Part shown: one piece after another, positions 21,025 to 31,500 of the stretch | How positions within the stretch are numbered: the first letter of the stretch is position 1 | How the letters are laid out: every line of letters begins with the position of its first letter | Assembly: GCA_937625935.1 (NCBI GenBank) | Contig: OW569377.1 | Span: 310,001 to 374,000, forward strand | Origin: Tetramitus jugosus | Lineage: Eukaryota; Protista; Heterolobosea | Length of the DNA stretch: 64,000 nucleotides | Direction: 5' to 3' | Position numbers and translations under genes: made by a program | The notes under the pieces: model-generated | What the model was told of the DNA's origin: nothing | The model's database searches: none | Seen by the model: only the letters and a program-made list of their open reading frames with translations

Positions 21025-23500
21025 ATGTCTCGCGAAATGGATGTGATCGGTTCAGAACATGCTCTTCCACAATTCAACAATCCTTCGGTAGGGGATGAAA
21101 GAAGCAGGAGCAATGACGCACAAATGATTCCTCCACCGTTTTCAGGTGATGAAATTTTTCCGAACTATTCCAAAGAAAGTTCCAGTGCTCTTGGTCATCG
21201 CCATTATCATCCATGGGGTAAACTGTATGAACCAAGTTTTGAAAAAGGCAGGCAGAACTTGAGTTGTGTGATATTGAAGGTGCTTCGATTCTCTTGGAGT
21301 TTCAGTGTTGTTTTTCTCGTGACTCTATTGGCTTCCCTGGTGGCCATTGGAGTCTCACTCTGGTTATTCAATTACTATGTGATACGAAATGCTATTAAAC
21401 AAGAGACCAAGATTCAAAGAGAATTGTTGACGTTCCGAGTGCTCAATCATTTGCAAAACTTTGTGGCCTCGGGACCCACTGTAGTTCAGACAATTATCAA
21501 TGACATGGCGTGGGGAGATCGATCTGGTTTGAACGTCAGCAACACGAGGAATGAAACGAGCAGAAGAATTCAAACAATTTTATTTTTTAGTCAACTGAAG
21601 GATCCGAGAATCACAATAGCATGGTTCGGAACTCGTTACAATTACTTCACGCACGTTATGATTAACGATACAGTAAATGTTCCTCCTCGACAATTCATGT
21701 TGGGAATTTCAAACGGGGATGGGATACTGTACAATTACCCCATGAATGACTTCTTGGATGTAGCCCCTAGGTCACCTGATGTCCAATTCGGATATTTCCC
21801 AACCGAACGTCCTTGGTATGTTGCAGCACAGACGACTCGTGCAATTCAATGGGGTCCTATCGTCTTCACCATAACGCGACCAACGTATCTGACTGTTGCA
21901 GTGTCCGGACCATACTTTGATGTGAATGATGGTAGTTTAGTTGGCGTAGTGAGTGCTTCGATTAACCTACACACTCTTTCCGACTTCTTGAAATCTCTTG
22001 TTGTTTTTCCAGAAACAAGATTGTATGTTGTGCAGAGTGATATGACACTAGCTGCTGCGAACAGCGGTAACATTACCGATGAAACTGATCCTAATAATCC
22101 CAAAATGGTTGACGCAAGAAACAGCACTGATTATGTGATTCGGGAATCAGCAGAGGTAGTTGCCCAAGGGTTCGGGGTGCCAATACCTGTCGATGTTAAC
22201 CGTAATATTGATTTAAAGTTTGTTGATTCAACAGGAAAGAAGAGAGAAATAGAAGTCGTTGGATTCCAAGACGATTTTGGTCTCAGTTGGAATTTGGTCA
22301 CAGTGATATCAGAGTCCGTTGTTTTGAAGGTTGTGAACCAATCAAATAGAGTCTTGGCCATTGTTACAATTTGTACAATCATTGGGGCACTTCTAATTGC
22401 TCTCGTCATCAGCATGATGATATCTGTCCCATTGTATGGAATCTCGAAAGAGTTTGTGAAAATTGCAAAGATGAACTTTGGTCGTCGAAAGAACAAGATT
22501 CACTCTACACCATTCTTTGAGATTTCAGTCATGACAGAATCCATCAAACAATTGAAAAATGGACTGCGGTACTTTGATGCCTATGTTCCTTCAGATGTTG
22601 TTCGAGTGTTAATTTCAAGGAATGCAAGTGCTAAACTCGGCGTTGTGAGAAAAAGAATATCAATTGTTTTTATCGATACTGGGTTTGAGGAAACGACTGA
22701 TTTCTCACCGAATCTTGTTGTGGAAATGTTGCAAATCATGTTCACTTCTTTCTCTCAAATTGTGACTGATGAAGGGGGAGTGGTTGATAAGTATATTTCG
22801 GAAGGAATCATGTTCCTTTTCAATGCACCACTGAGTATTGATGATCACGAAATCAGATCAATTAGGGCCTGCTGTAAAATCTCTCAGAGAATTAGTGAAT
22901 TGAATCAAGAATGGATAAAGAAGGGTTTTCCCAACATCTCGATTCAAATGGGAGTGAACACGGACATGTGTTTTGTGGGGAATGTGGGAAGTCGATCTCG
23001 AGTCAATTACACTGCATTGGGTGATGCAGTCAATGTTGCCAGCCGATTGATGTCACTCAACAAACGATATGATACAACACTGATGATTGGACCGAAGACG
23101 AAAGAAGCAGTTCAAGAACAATTTGTTTGTCGATGGATTTCATTTGTTTGTGTCAAAGGAAAATCTCAACCCAGTATGTACTTCTTTCTTCTTGTTGTCA
23201 TAACTTTGGTTGCAAACCCTAATTACTGACACCTAATTATCTCACATCATTCTGTGATCATCCTCAGTTCATGTTTTTGAAGTTGTGAGTGAGAGAGAAC
23301 AAGCAACAGAAAAACAGAAAGAACTGGAAAGTGTCACATGTCAAGTGAGTCAACTCATTGAAGAGAACAATTTGGACTCTGCTCACTCGTTGGTTTTGAA
23401 GTTGTTGTCAGAATATCCCAGAGACAAGCCATTGATTGAATTGAGAGGAAGACTTGAATCTCCAAACTTTTGTCCTTACGTGGGAGTGTGTACCAAATAG
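21025..23500 (+). CDS. Receptor-type class III adenylate cyclase-like protein, copy 2 (AC2); intron 23174..23267, ~793 aa
   Basis: ATG at 21025 (MSREM, cf. MSREL in AC1). Same architecture and intron position as AC1, and splicing gives an intact frame to the stop at 23500. Confidence 0.9.
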
Positions 23501-23575
23501 ACTCGCATCCTGACCTTTGAGACGTGAACTAACTAAGAGCTTTCACAATAATGTATTTACAAAAGATCGAATCAA

Positions 23576-24538
23576 TTAAAGTGATGTTATGAAAACACTT
23601 CCTCCAGCAAAATTGACCTTTGTTTTTTCCAGAATTGCCAATCTATTGTCATGTAGTTGGTTATACAGGTATACATTGTCCGATTCATAAAACACAATGT
23701 CAGCCATCTTTCCCACAGCGTCGAATACTTCATTGTCAGTGTTGAAATATACCTTTTGGGCAAGAGGCAAGAATTTGGTTGTTGCTTCTTCATAAGAAGT
23801 GTCTGGAACAACGGCCACTCGTATTTCGGGTCTGTTCAAATCATAGATGGATGAAGGAGTGGCGACATTGGGTGGCAATGCTTGGAATGCATCCCTAAAT
23901 GCTGCAAAGGGAGAAGAATCCAAGTAGGGGCAAGAGAAATCGGCGAATGGTACTCGGGAGGCCAAGAATGCAACATCGAGTACTGTATCGACCTTTCCAC
24001 TTTTGTTCAGAAATTGGAGCGAATCGACGAAGAATGACGTAAAGTTGTACACGACAAAGGAGGGACGAATATTCTTACCCAGAATCAATCCCATACCATT
24101 CGTCACCAACGTTCCAACATCAGCCAGAATCCCTTGAGCCACGCCTGTTGTTTGATTGATGGAAAACACTTTGGCATCGTTGATTGCTGTAACTCCAATC
24201 CGGAGGATTCCATTTTTGTATACTGTTGCCAACGCTCCTTCAAATGACTTTGGGTCCGAAACATCTAGGTCATACAACTCCCTGGGGCAAGAAGTTTTGA
24301 TTGGAGTCGGAATGATTCTCAATGGGTCAATTGTACCGAATTCACCACTGTTTCTACCATTTTTGATGGCGACTGACATCACATTGTTGAGTTGTTTGTT
24401 TCCTCTGGAGTTGCTATCATCGTTGCTTGTTTGCATGAACACAAGGGATGATGAGTCCAAACTGATGATGGTGAGAGTCAAACAGAAGCCGATGATCACT
24501 GCAAGTGGTAGAAAACTAAATCCTTTTTTGTTCGTCAT
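23576..24538 (-). CDS. Solute-binding protein family 3-like protein, copy 2 (SBP2)
   Basis: First ATG at 24538 (MTNKKGFSFLPLAVIIGFCLTL). Motifs ILRIGVT, GILADV, SGKVDTVL, SRVPFADFSCPY, SIYDLN, DIVFYE. Confidence 0.85.
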   Translation of the reverse strand: MTNKKGFSFLPLAVIIGFCLTLTIISLDSSSLVFMQTSNDDSNSRGNKQLNNVMSVAIKNGRNSGEFGTIDPLRIIPTPIKTSCPRELYDLDVSDPKSFEGALATVYKNGILRIGVTAINDAKVFSINQTTGVAQGILADVGTLVTNGMGLILGKNIRPSFVVYNFTSFFVDSLQFLNKSGKVDTVLDVAFLASRVPFADFSCPYLDSSPFAAFRDAFQALPPNVATPSSIYDLNRPEIRVAVVPDTSYEEATTKFLPLAQKVYFNTDNEVFDAVGKMADIVFYESDNVYLYNQLHDNRLAILEKTKVNFAGGSVFITSL

Positions 24539-24794
24539 TTTGCCTTGGATTTTCACAAAGTTAATTGTATCCTGAGATCACTCCCGAGAAATATTTGCGG
24601 GATCATAGTATTTTGGCTTCCTTACAAAAAATAATTTCATTCTCGGCAATTTTAAGGAATGAATTGTTTCGATCGAAACCTTCCGGAGGTTTTATACCAA
24701 CCTAAATGAAACTGGGATGATTTTCATCCGCTGAAACATTACCGATTGGGCGCGTTGCACATTTCCACTTCCTTATCAGATAAAACAGAGTAAG

Positions 24795-27414
24795 ATGGAA
24801 AATAGAAGGTACAACACTGAGATCTTGGGCAGAAGCGACCCATTGGTAATAGAACCATCGTCCAGTGGCAATTCTTGTTCAAACCACATGAGACCTCTGA
24901 TTCGCGAACAAACTTTTCCTCTGGACACCTCCCATACACTCGACTTGATGACTCCTCTTAATCAAATTCATGAATCTACCCAAAGGGAATCATCTAGCAA
25001 CAACACGATTAATGATCAACCAATTTCAAACTACTCTATGCCCAATTCTTCAACAGTCACTACCGATCATCATCAAAGGGAATTCTCAAGTGATAGTCGA
25101 GAAGGAGGGTATCCGTGGTGTCAAAAGTATGAACGGAGTAGTGATAGAAAAAAGAAGAATCGTCGTCCCAAGAAGAGAGAAAACATCTGTTTCAAATTGT
25201 TGCGGTTGTCTTGGAGCTTTAGTGCAGTTTTTCTTGTAACTCTGTTGACTACACTGATTCTTGTTGGCGTCTCAGTATGGTTATTCAATTATTTTGTCAT
25301 ACTAGGGGGCGTGAGGAATGTGGCAATACAACACCGAGATATTCTTATGGCTCAAGTCATGGATCATGTCAACAATTTTGTGTCCAAAGCACCACTCGTG
25401 GTTCAAGCTGTGACTCAAGAGATGAGAATGGGAGATGTGTTAGGATACAACTTTAGTAACTCTCGAATTGAGAAGAGCAGGAGAATACAAGAAATATTAC
25501 TGTTCAGTAAATTGAAGAACCCAATGATCTATGGTGTGTGGTATGGCACTCACGATAATTACTTCACTGGACTCACGATTGACGATAAGAGGAAACCCCC
25601 GCAGCAATACTTACTGGGGCTGTCCAATGGAGATGGAACCGTACAAAATATTCAAGTGAATAATGAACTCAACCGAGCACCTAATGCGACTTTTGTTTCT
25701 ACTGACTATTATCCCACGAAACGTCCTTGGTACACTCCCGCAGAGACAACCAGAACAATTCAGTGGGGTAAGGCGTACCCCACTGTGAGTAGTACACCTC
25801 TACTCATGGTATCGGTATCGGGTCCCTATTTCGATACTCACAATGGCAGTTTGTATGGAGTACTAACTGCCGGGGTTAATTTGGAATCTCTCTCTGAATA
25901 TCTCTCCGCGCTTTCGGTGTTCCCTAAGACGAGAATATTCATTGTTCAACCTGATATGTTGTTAGTTGGAGTGAACTACGGAGACATAGTCAATAACTTT
26001 GATCCTGCTCATCCCGAAATGTTAGATGCTCGGAATAGCTCCGATAGTGTAATCCGGGAAACAGCCCAAAAAATGGTTCAAAGATACACCGTACCTTTAC
26101 TACCGCAAAATCTACATCCCAAGGACTTTAAGTTCAAAGATTCAAAGGGCATTTCTCGACTCGTAGGGATCTCCTGTTTCCAAGACTCATATGATCTTAC
26201 ATGGGTTATTGTGTCAGTACTATCTGAGAGTGTTGTCCTGCAAGTTGTGGATCGGTCTAACAGAGTTTTAGTCATCGTGACTATTTGTACGATCATTGGA
26301 GCACTTTTGATTGGGTTTATCATTAGTGTCATAGTATCAGTCCCCTTGTATGAAATCTCAAGAGAGTTTGTGAAAATCACAAGGATGAACTTTGGAAATC
26401 GAAAGCACAAAGTTCATTCTCTTTCCTTCTTTGAGATTGCGGTCATGACTAACTCAACCAAACAATTGAAAAATGGATTGAGATGCTTTGATGCCTATGT
26501 TCCTTCATACGTTGTTCGAGTCTTGATGACAAGAAATGCCAGTGCTAAACTCGGGGTTGTGAGAAGGAGAATGACAATCGTCTTTATTGAGACAAGTTTC
26601 GATGGCACGAATGGTTTTTCAGCTGATATCCTAGTGGAGATGCTGCAAATCATGTTTACCGCTTACTCTCAAATTGTGACCGATGAAGGAGGCGTAATCG
26701 ACAAGTATCTTTCTGAAGGAATCATGTGTCTATTCAATGCACCGTTGATTATTGGTGATCACGAACTCAGATCGATTGGGGCATGTCGTAGGATATCTCA
26801 AAGAACTGAAGAATTGAACGAAGAATGGAGGAACAATGGTTATCCTTGTATCTCGATTCAAATGGGAGTGAACACGGACATGTGTTATGTTGGAAATGTG
26901 GGAAGTCGATCTCGAGTCAATTACACTGCATTGGGTGATGCAGTCAATGTTGCCAGTCGATTGATGTCACTTAACAAACGATATGATACAACACTGATGA
27001 TTGGACCGAAGACGAAAGAAGCAGTTCAAGAACAATTTGTTTGTCGATGGATTTCATTTGTTTGTGTCAAAGGAAAATCTCAACCCAGTATGTACTTCTT
27101 TCTTCTTGTTGTCATAACTTTGGTTGCAAACCCTAATTACTGACACCTAATTATCTCACATCATTCTGTAATCATCCTCAGTTCATGTTTTTGAAGTTTT
27201 GAGTGAGAGAGAACAAGCAACAGAAAAACAGAAAGAACTGGAAAGCGGCACATGTCAAGTGAGTCAACTCATTGAAGAGAACAATTTGGAATCTGCTCAC
27301 TCGTTGGTTTTGAAGTTGTTGTCAGAGTATCCCAGAGATAAGCCATTGATTGAATTGAACGAAAGACTTGAAGCTCCAAACTTTGATCCCTTCTTGAAAG
27401 TAGGTCATAAATAA
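24795..27414 (+). CDS. Receptor-type class III adenylate cyclase-like protein, copy 3 (AC3); intron 27088..27181, ~841 aa
   Basis: Same architecture as AC1/AC2: YYPTKRPWY Cache motif, cyclase core, and an identical intron position. Confidence 0.9.
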
Positions 27415-27438
27415 TAAAATACAAATTATACAAATTGT

Positions 27439-28374
27439 TTAATTTTTCTTTGTAACGAACGCTTGTCCACCAGTATAGACTGTTTGCGTGTTATTAACAA
27501 CGAGTAATCGATTGTCATTGTCGGCATTGTAAAGAGCAACTTCGTTCTCATCAAAAAAGGCAAAATCTGCCGTTCTGCCCACTGCATTCAAAACATCTGA
27601 AATCTTGGTAAAGTACACCTTCTTTGTTAGTGGGAGGAACCTTATTGCGGCGTCTTCTAGAAATGTGCCTCGGAGGATTGACGCTGTAACATTCGGTAAG
27701 TTCAAATCCTCGATACTTGCAATTGCTCCTATCCCAGTTGGTAAACCAACTTTTGTGTCCACGTACGCCGAAAGAGGATAAGCTTCCTGATAAATACAGG
27801 TGAAATCAGCACTAACAGAACGTGAAGCCAAGTAATAAACACCAATGACTGCATCAACCCTTCCACTGTCGAGCAAAGCCAGGGTGTCTGTGAAGAAGGA
27901 CGTGTAGTTGAAACGAACGAAAGAAGGAACAATTGTCTTTCCCAAAATCATTCCCATTTGATTGGTGACGAGCCAACTGACATCAGCGAGAAATCCTGTG
28001 GCAACTCCTGAACTGTCAACAGAAAACAGTTGTGGGTCTCTCTGATTACTAACACCGATTCGGAGTGTACCATTGTACACTCTGGCCAGAGCACCGACAA
28101 AAGTACTTGGATCAAATAAATCAATGCCATATAATTGTCGCGAGCAGCTTGATGGAATAGGTGGTCTGAGAATAGAGTTTGGTAATTGAATGGTTAAGAA
28201 CTCGGCACTGTTTCGTCCATTGTTGATGGCCACGGACATGACATTGTTCAACTGTTTGAAACCCCTAATTTCAGTCTCATTGGATTGAGAGTGAACGCTT
28301 GTGATCAAACCGATCGCGACAACAGAGATAAGGGTGAGAACGAAATGGATAATAAACTTGTTGTGAATGTTCAT
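27439..28374 (-). CDS. Solute-binding protein family 3-like protein, copy 3 (SBP3)
   Basis: Signal/TM N-terminus, then TLRIGVS, GFLADV, LDSGRVDAVI, SRSVSADFTC, SIEDLN, LRGTFLE, DFAFFD. Confidence 0.85.
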   Translation of the reverse strand: MNIHNKFIIHFVLTLISVVAIGLITSVHSQSNETEIRGFKQLNNVMSVAINNGRNSAEFLTIQLPNSILRPPIPSSCSRQLYGIDLFDPSTFVGALARVYNGTLRIGVSNQRDPQLFSVDSSGVATGFLADVSWLVTNQMGMILGKTIVPSFVRFNYTSFFTDTLALLDSGRVDAVIGVYYLASRSVSADFTCIYQEAYPLSAYVDTKVGLPTGIGAIASIEDLNLPNVTASILRGTFLEDAAIRFLPLTKKVYFTKISDVLNAVGRTADFAFFDENEVALYNADNDNRLLVVNNTQTVYTGGQAFVTKKN

Positions 28375-28539
28375 CTTTTGCTTTGGTTTGATGAGCCAGT
28401 TGCTCTTGTCGGCAAAAAAAAGAAAGTTGGTTGTATGAGATTCAACACGCGATCAACCGACGTTTTTGTAAAAATCGGTCGGGGAACACTCCTTAAACAG
28501 CAATCACCTTGACCTACTATGGCAGTTTTGAAACCCATT

Positions 28540-31500
28540 TTAATCTAGAGAAACACCAAGCTTGTGTTCTGATTGAGCCGATTCTTCAACTGTCGACTGC
28601 GATCGACGCTGCGTCATGAGAGGGATGTATTTGTAAGGGGTGGCTGGTTCATACCACTTTGTTACTGTGTCTACAGGGATGGTCTTATGATTCTCATCCT
28701 TGTTCTTGTAATTGTTTCTCCACACATTCCTCTTTCGTATCAACCAGTGAAGCAAGGAAACCAAAGGTATACACACCAACAACAGAAGAGCCAGAGAAGC
28801 CATAATGACAGTATGTGGAATAAATCGTTTGTCCGCAACAATCTTGGAACCATAGAAAAAGCACTGAAATGCAACAAAAATGAAGCAATTGCCTAACAGA
28901 ATTCTAACATTCATAATTGCCATTCTCTGGTGATTCAAAAAATCACTCTTGAAACCGAGCGTGGCACCGTTGAATGAAATATGTCTCCGATGTCCATAAG
29001 TATCATTTATGATTGCTCTGTCAATAAAGTACTTGTAAACGAAATAGAGCAGACCACAAGGTAAAACAGCTGGAGAGAATAGCGAATACGCCAACGTTAT
29101 AGACAACACCCAATGCATGTACGCATACTCGTACTCTAGGTACAAGGCAGTTTGTTCTGCAGCTTTCAGCTTCTCTACTGCTGTCATATAACGAGCAATT
29201 TTAGGGGAAATTCTCCTCCATATCTTCTGCGCAAATCGTATGTCAATTACATAAAATATGAGGTTTGGGATTCGATACAAGTCCAATGAATTCTTCAACA
29301 GGCCCTTTTGCAGCAAAATATTGATAAAGAAACTACCTGAGGCAGGTAGGAACAAATTTTGGAATGCCTTCTCCCAAATTTCATTTCCCGTAAAATACTT
29401 GACAATTCCATCAAAACTGGTTAACAGAATACTGGGAATGATCAATGTACTGAGAACCAAGTAGATGTATGATCGCTCAACAATCTTCCTCTGTACAAAT
29501 CCATGAGTATTATTCTTCGAATTAATGGCAGTAAAATAAATAATTGATGGCATGATACTCGATGCAATAAGTACTACCAACGAAGGAATATACTGAAAGA
29601 TCAAGTTGCCTACTGTTCCTGTTAATCGTAAGAGCCACGCGGTTGAAATTGTAATAAATTTCAGATTGAGAAATGACTGAACACCGGATGCGATTGACAA
29701 AGGTGAACAGAACAAAACAAATACAATGATGAGAAATATGTGAATCAGTACTCGTCGAATAAAATAGACTAATCCTCCATCTCTGAAACCAAAAATATTA
29801 TTCATCTCCATATCTTCAGGCTCAAAGTCCAATCTCGAAATTCGAAGTGAGAAAAAGCTGAAGTAATCTAATCTACGAATAAGATTGGCTGCGGTACTCT
29901 TCCCCTTTTCTGTAACATCAAATTGAATCTTTTTGATCTTAACAAGTGTGTCGCTAATCAATTGAGACTCTGTGTTTTGACTTTCATCTTCATTCTTCTC
30001 CATTTCATCGGGATTAACCTCTACAAGAGGAATATCCAACGGCGTTATCTCCTTTGTTTTTTTGTTTTTGAGAAAAGGTATTCCTTTGACCACTGATAAA
30101 GTATTTTCAATTTCTTTCTGTTCAATTCGTAAACCTCGGAATCTATAATACCTGCAAAAACTTCGAGCTGCCTCCACTGTATCAAAAACAATAATTCCAA
30201 ATCCACTGCTCTTTGGAGGTTTGATTTTCTTCGTGGCAACCATACTTTCATAAAACAAGTTCTCAGCAGGCTTAATGAAGCTCGACTCACCCTGTTTAGC
30301 ATTTTGAACCATATATGTTCTTGCGTATAATGCATCCCATTGAGCTATATCCCTTTCTAAATACTCTATGTGTTTTGTATAGTATTCAATCGCGTCGTAG
30401 GATCTGCGCACATGAAACTTTCCTCCGTCAAAAACATCTCTTCCACAGCAACTTAACACTGACACTGGTGAGTTGTCCTTCTTTCTTCTCATCTCATACT
30501 GAACATGCTCCAGCTGTTCCTTCAATAAAATTAACCGATTTTCTAACTCAACTCTCTTCCGCAAATCAGGAATCAACACTGCCTTCAGGATATGATTATC
30601 TAATTGTTTGTCAGACACACACTTCGCTGCCGAATGGACAATATCCAAGAAAGCTTGTTGATTCATTAAGGGAGGTATTCCCCTAATTGATACACAGAAA
30701 GGACTGGCAAGAAAGACAGAGTTTGTGCTTGAATCTAACTCCTCTTTCGTACGAGCCACACTCATTCCCAACATCGTCATTCTCGCCCATAGTGGTCTCA
30801 CTGTATTCCAATCAGTCATCTTCACCAAATAATTTTCATCAAAATCGGTTGAACAAAACTTTTCGTCATCTGCTGACTCGTAGTTGATTGTTCGAATAAT
30901 AGGGTGGCACAGAAACCGTACAATGCCAAACATGAAAAACAACAAGATAAACAGAATAGTCAACCCCACATGCAAATATAAAATATTTGGCTCTTTGAGT
31001 CGCATGTTGACACTCGTTCTCAACAAAAAGGTGCTTGAACTTCGATCAACATCCGGTGGAAGTGTACCAGTCAGATGCACAGGCAACAATGAACCCAATC
31101 CGATTAAAGAACATGCACCCAATGCAAATATAAGCATCTGCTGGAAGAAAACATATGCCGCCATATCACGACCATACTTTTCTGTGAGTCGATCACGATC
31201 TCTGTGTCTCATGGATGGAATAATAAGAGTCATCAGCGTTACCCACAAGAACACTATGCGATTCACCCAAAACTTCACAAACTTTCGCAAAAAAAGCACA
31301 ACCTTGTTGTACGCTCTTCGAAGGGGCTTGCTAGACTCCTCAACAACAATTTCAGTCGGCTCCGTTGCGAATGACACTGTCTGAGGCGATGAAATCGTAT
31401 TCTGCTCGTTTGATACGACTGGTGACGAATCAATCACCTCGCCGTCCTCTACAGAAAGCTCTGAATCAGCATTTTTGCTCTTGCTTGCAGCATTCAAAGT

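Larger units (their letters stand above)
17186..28374. repeat. Three-unit segmental duplication of an (AC, SBP) convergent gene pair; unit 1 is inverted relative to units 2 and 3
   Basis: Gene order is SBP1> <AC1 | AC2> <SBP2 | AC3> <SBP3. Near-identical nucleotide blocks occur at about 18170-18700 (minus), 22940-23470 and 26850-27385. Confidence 0.9.

Noticed and set aside
17186-28374. Bacterial contamination or a transposon as the explanation for the SBP/cyclase block
   Set aside because: The cyclase genes carry spliceosomal introns and the flanks are eukaryotic genes. I saw no transposase, terminal repeats or operon-like structure.
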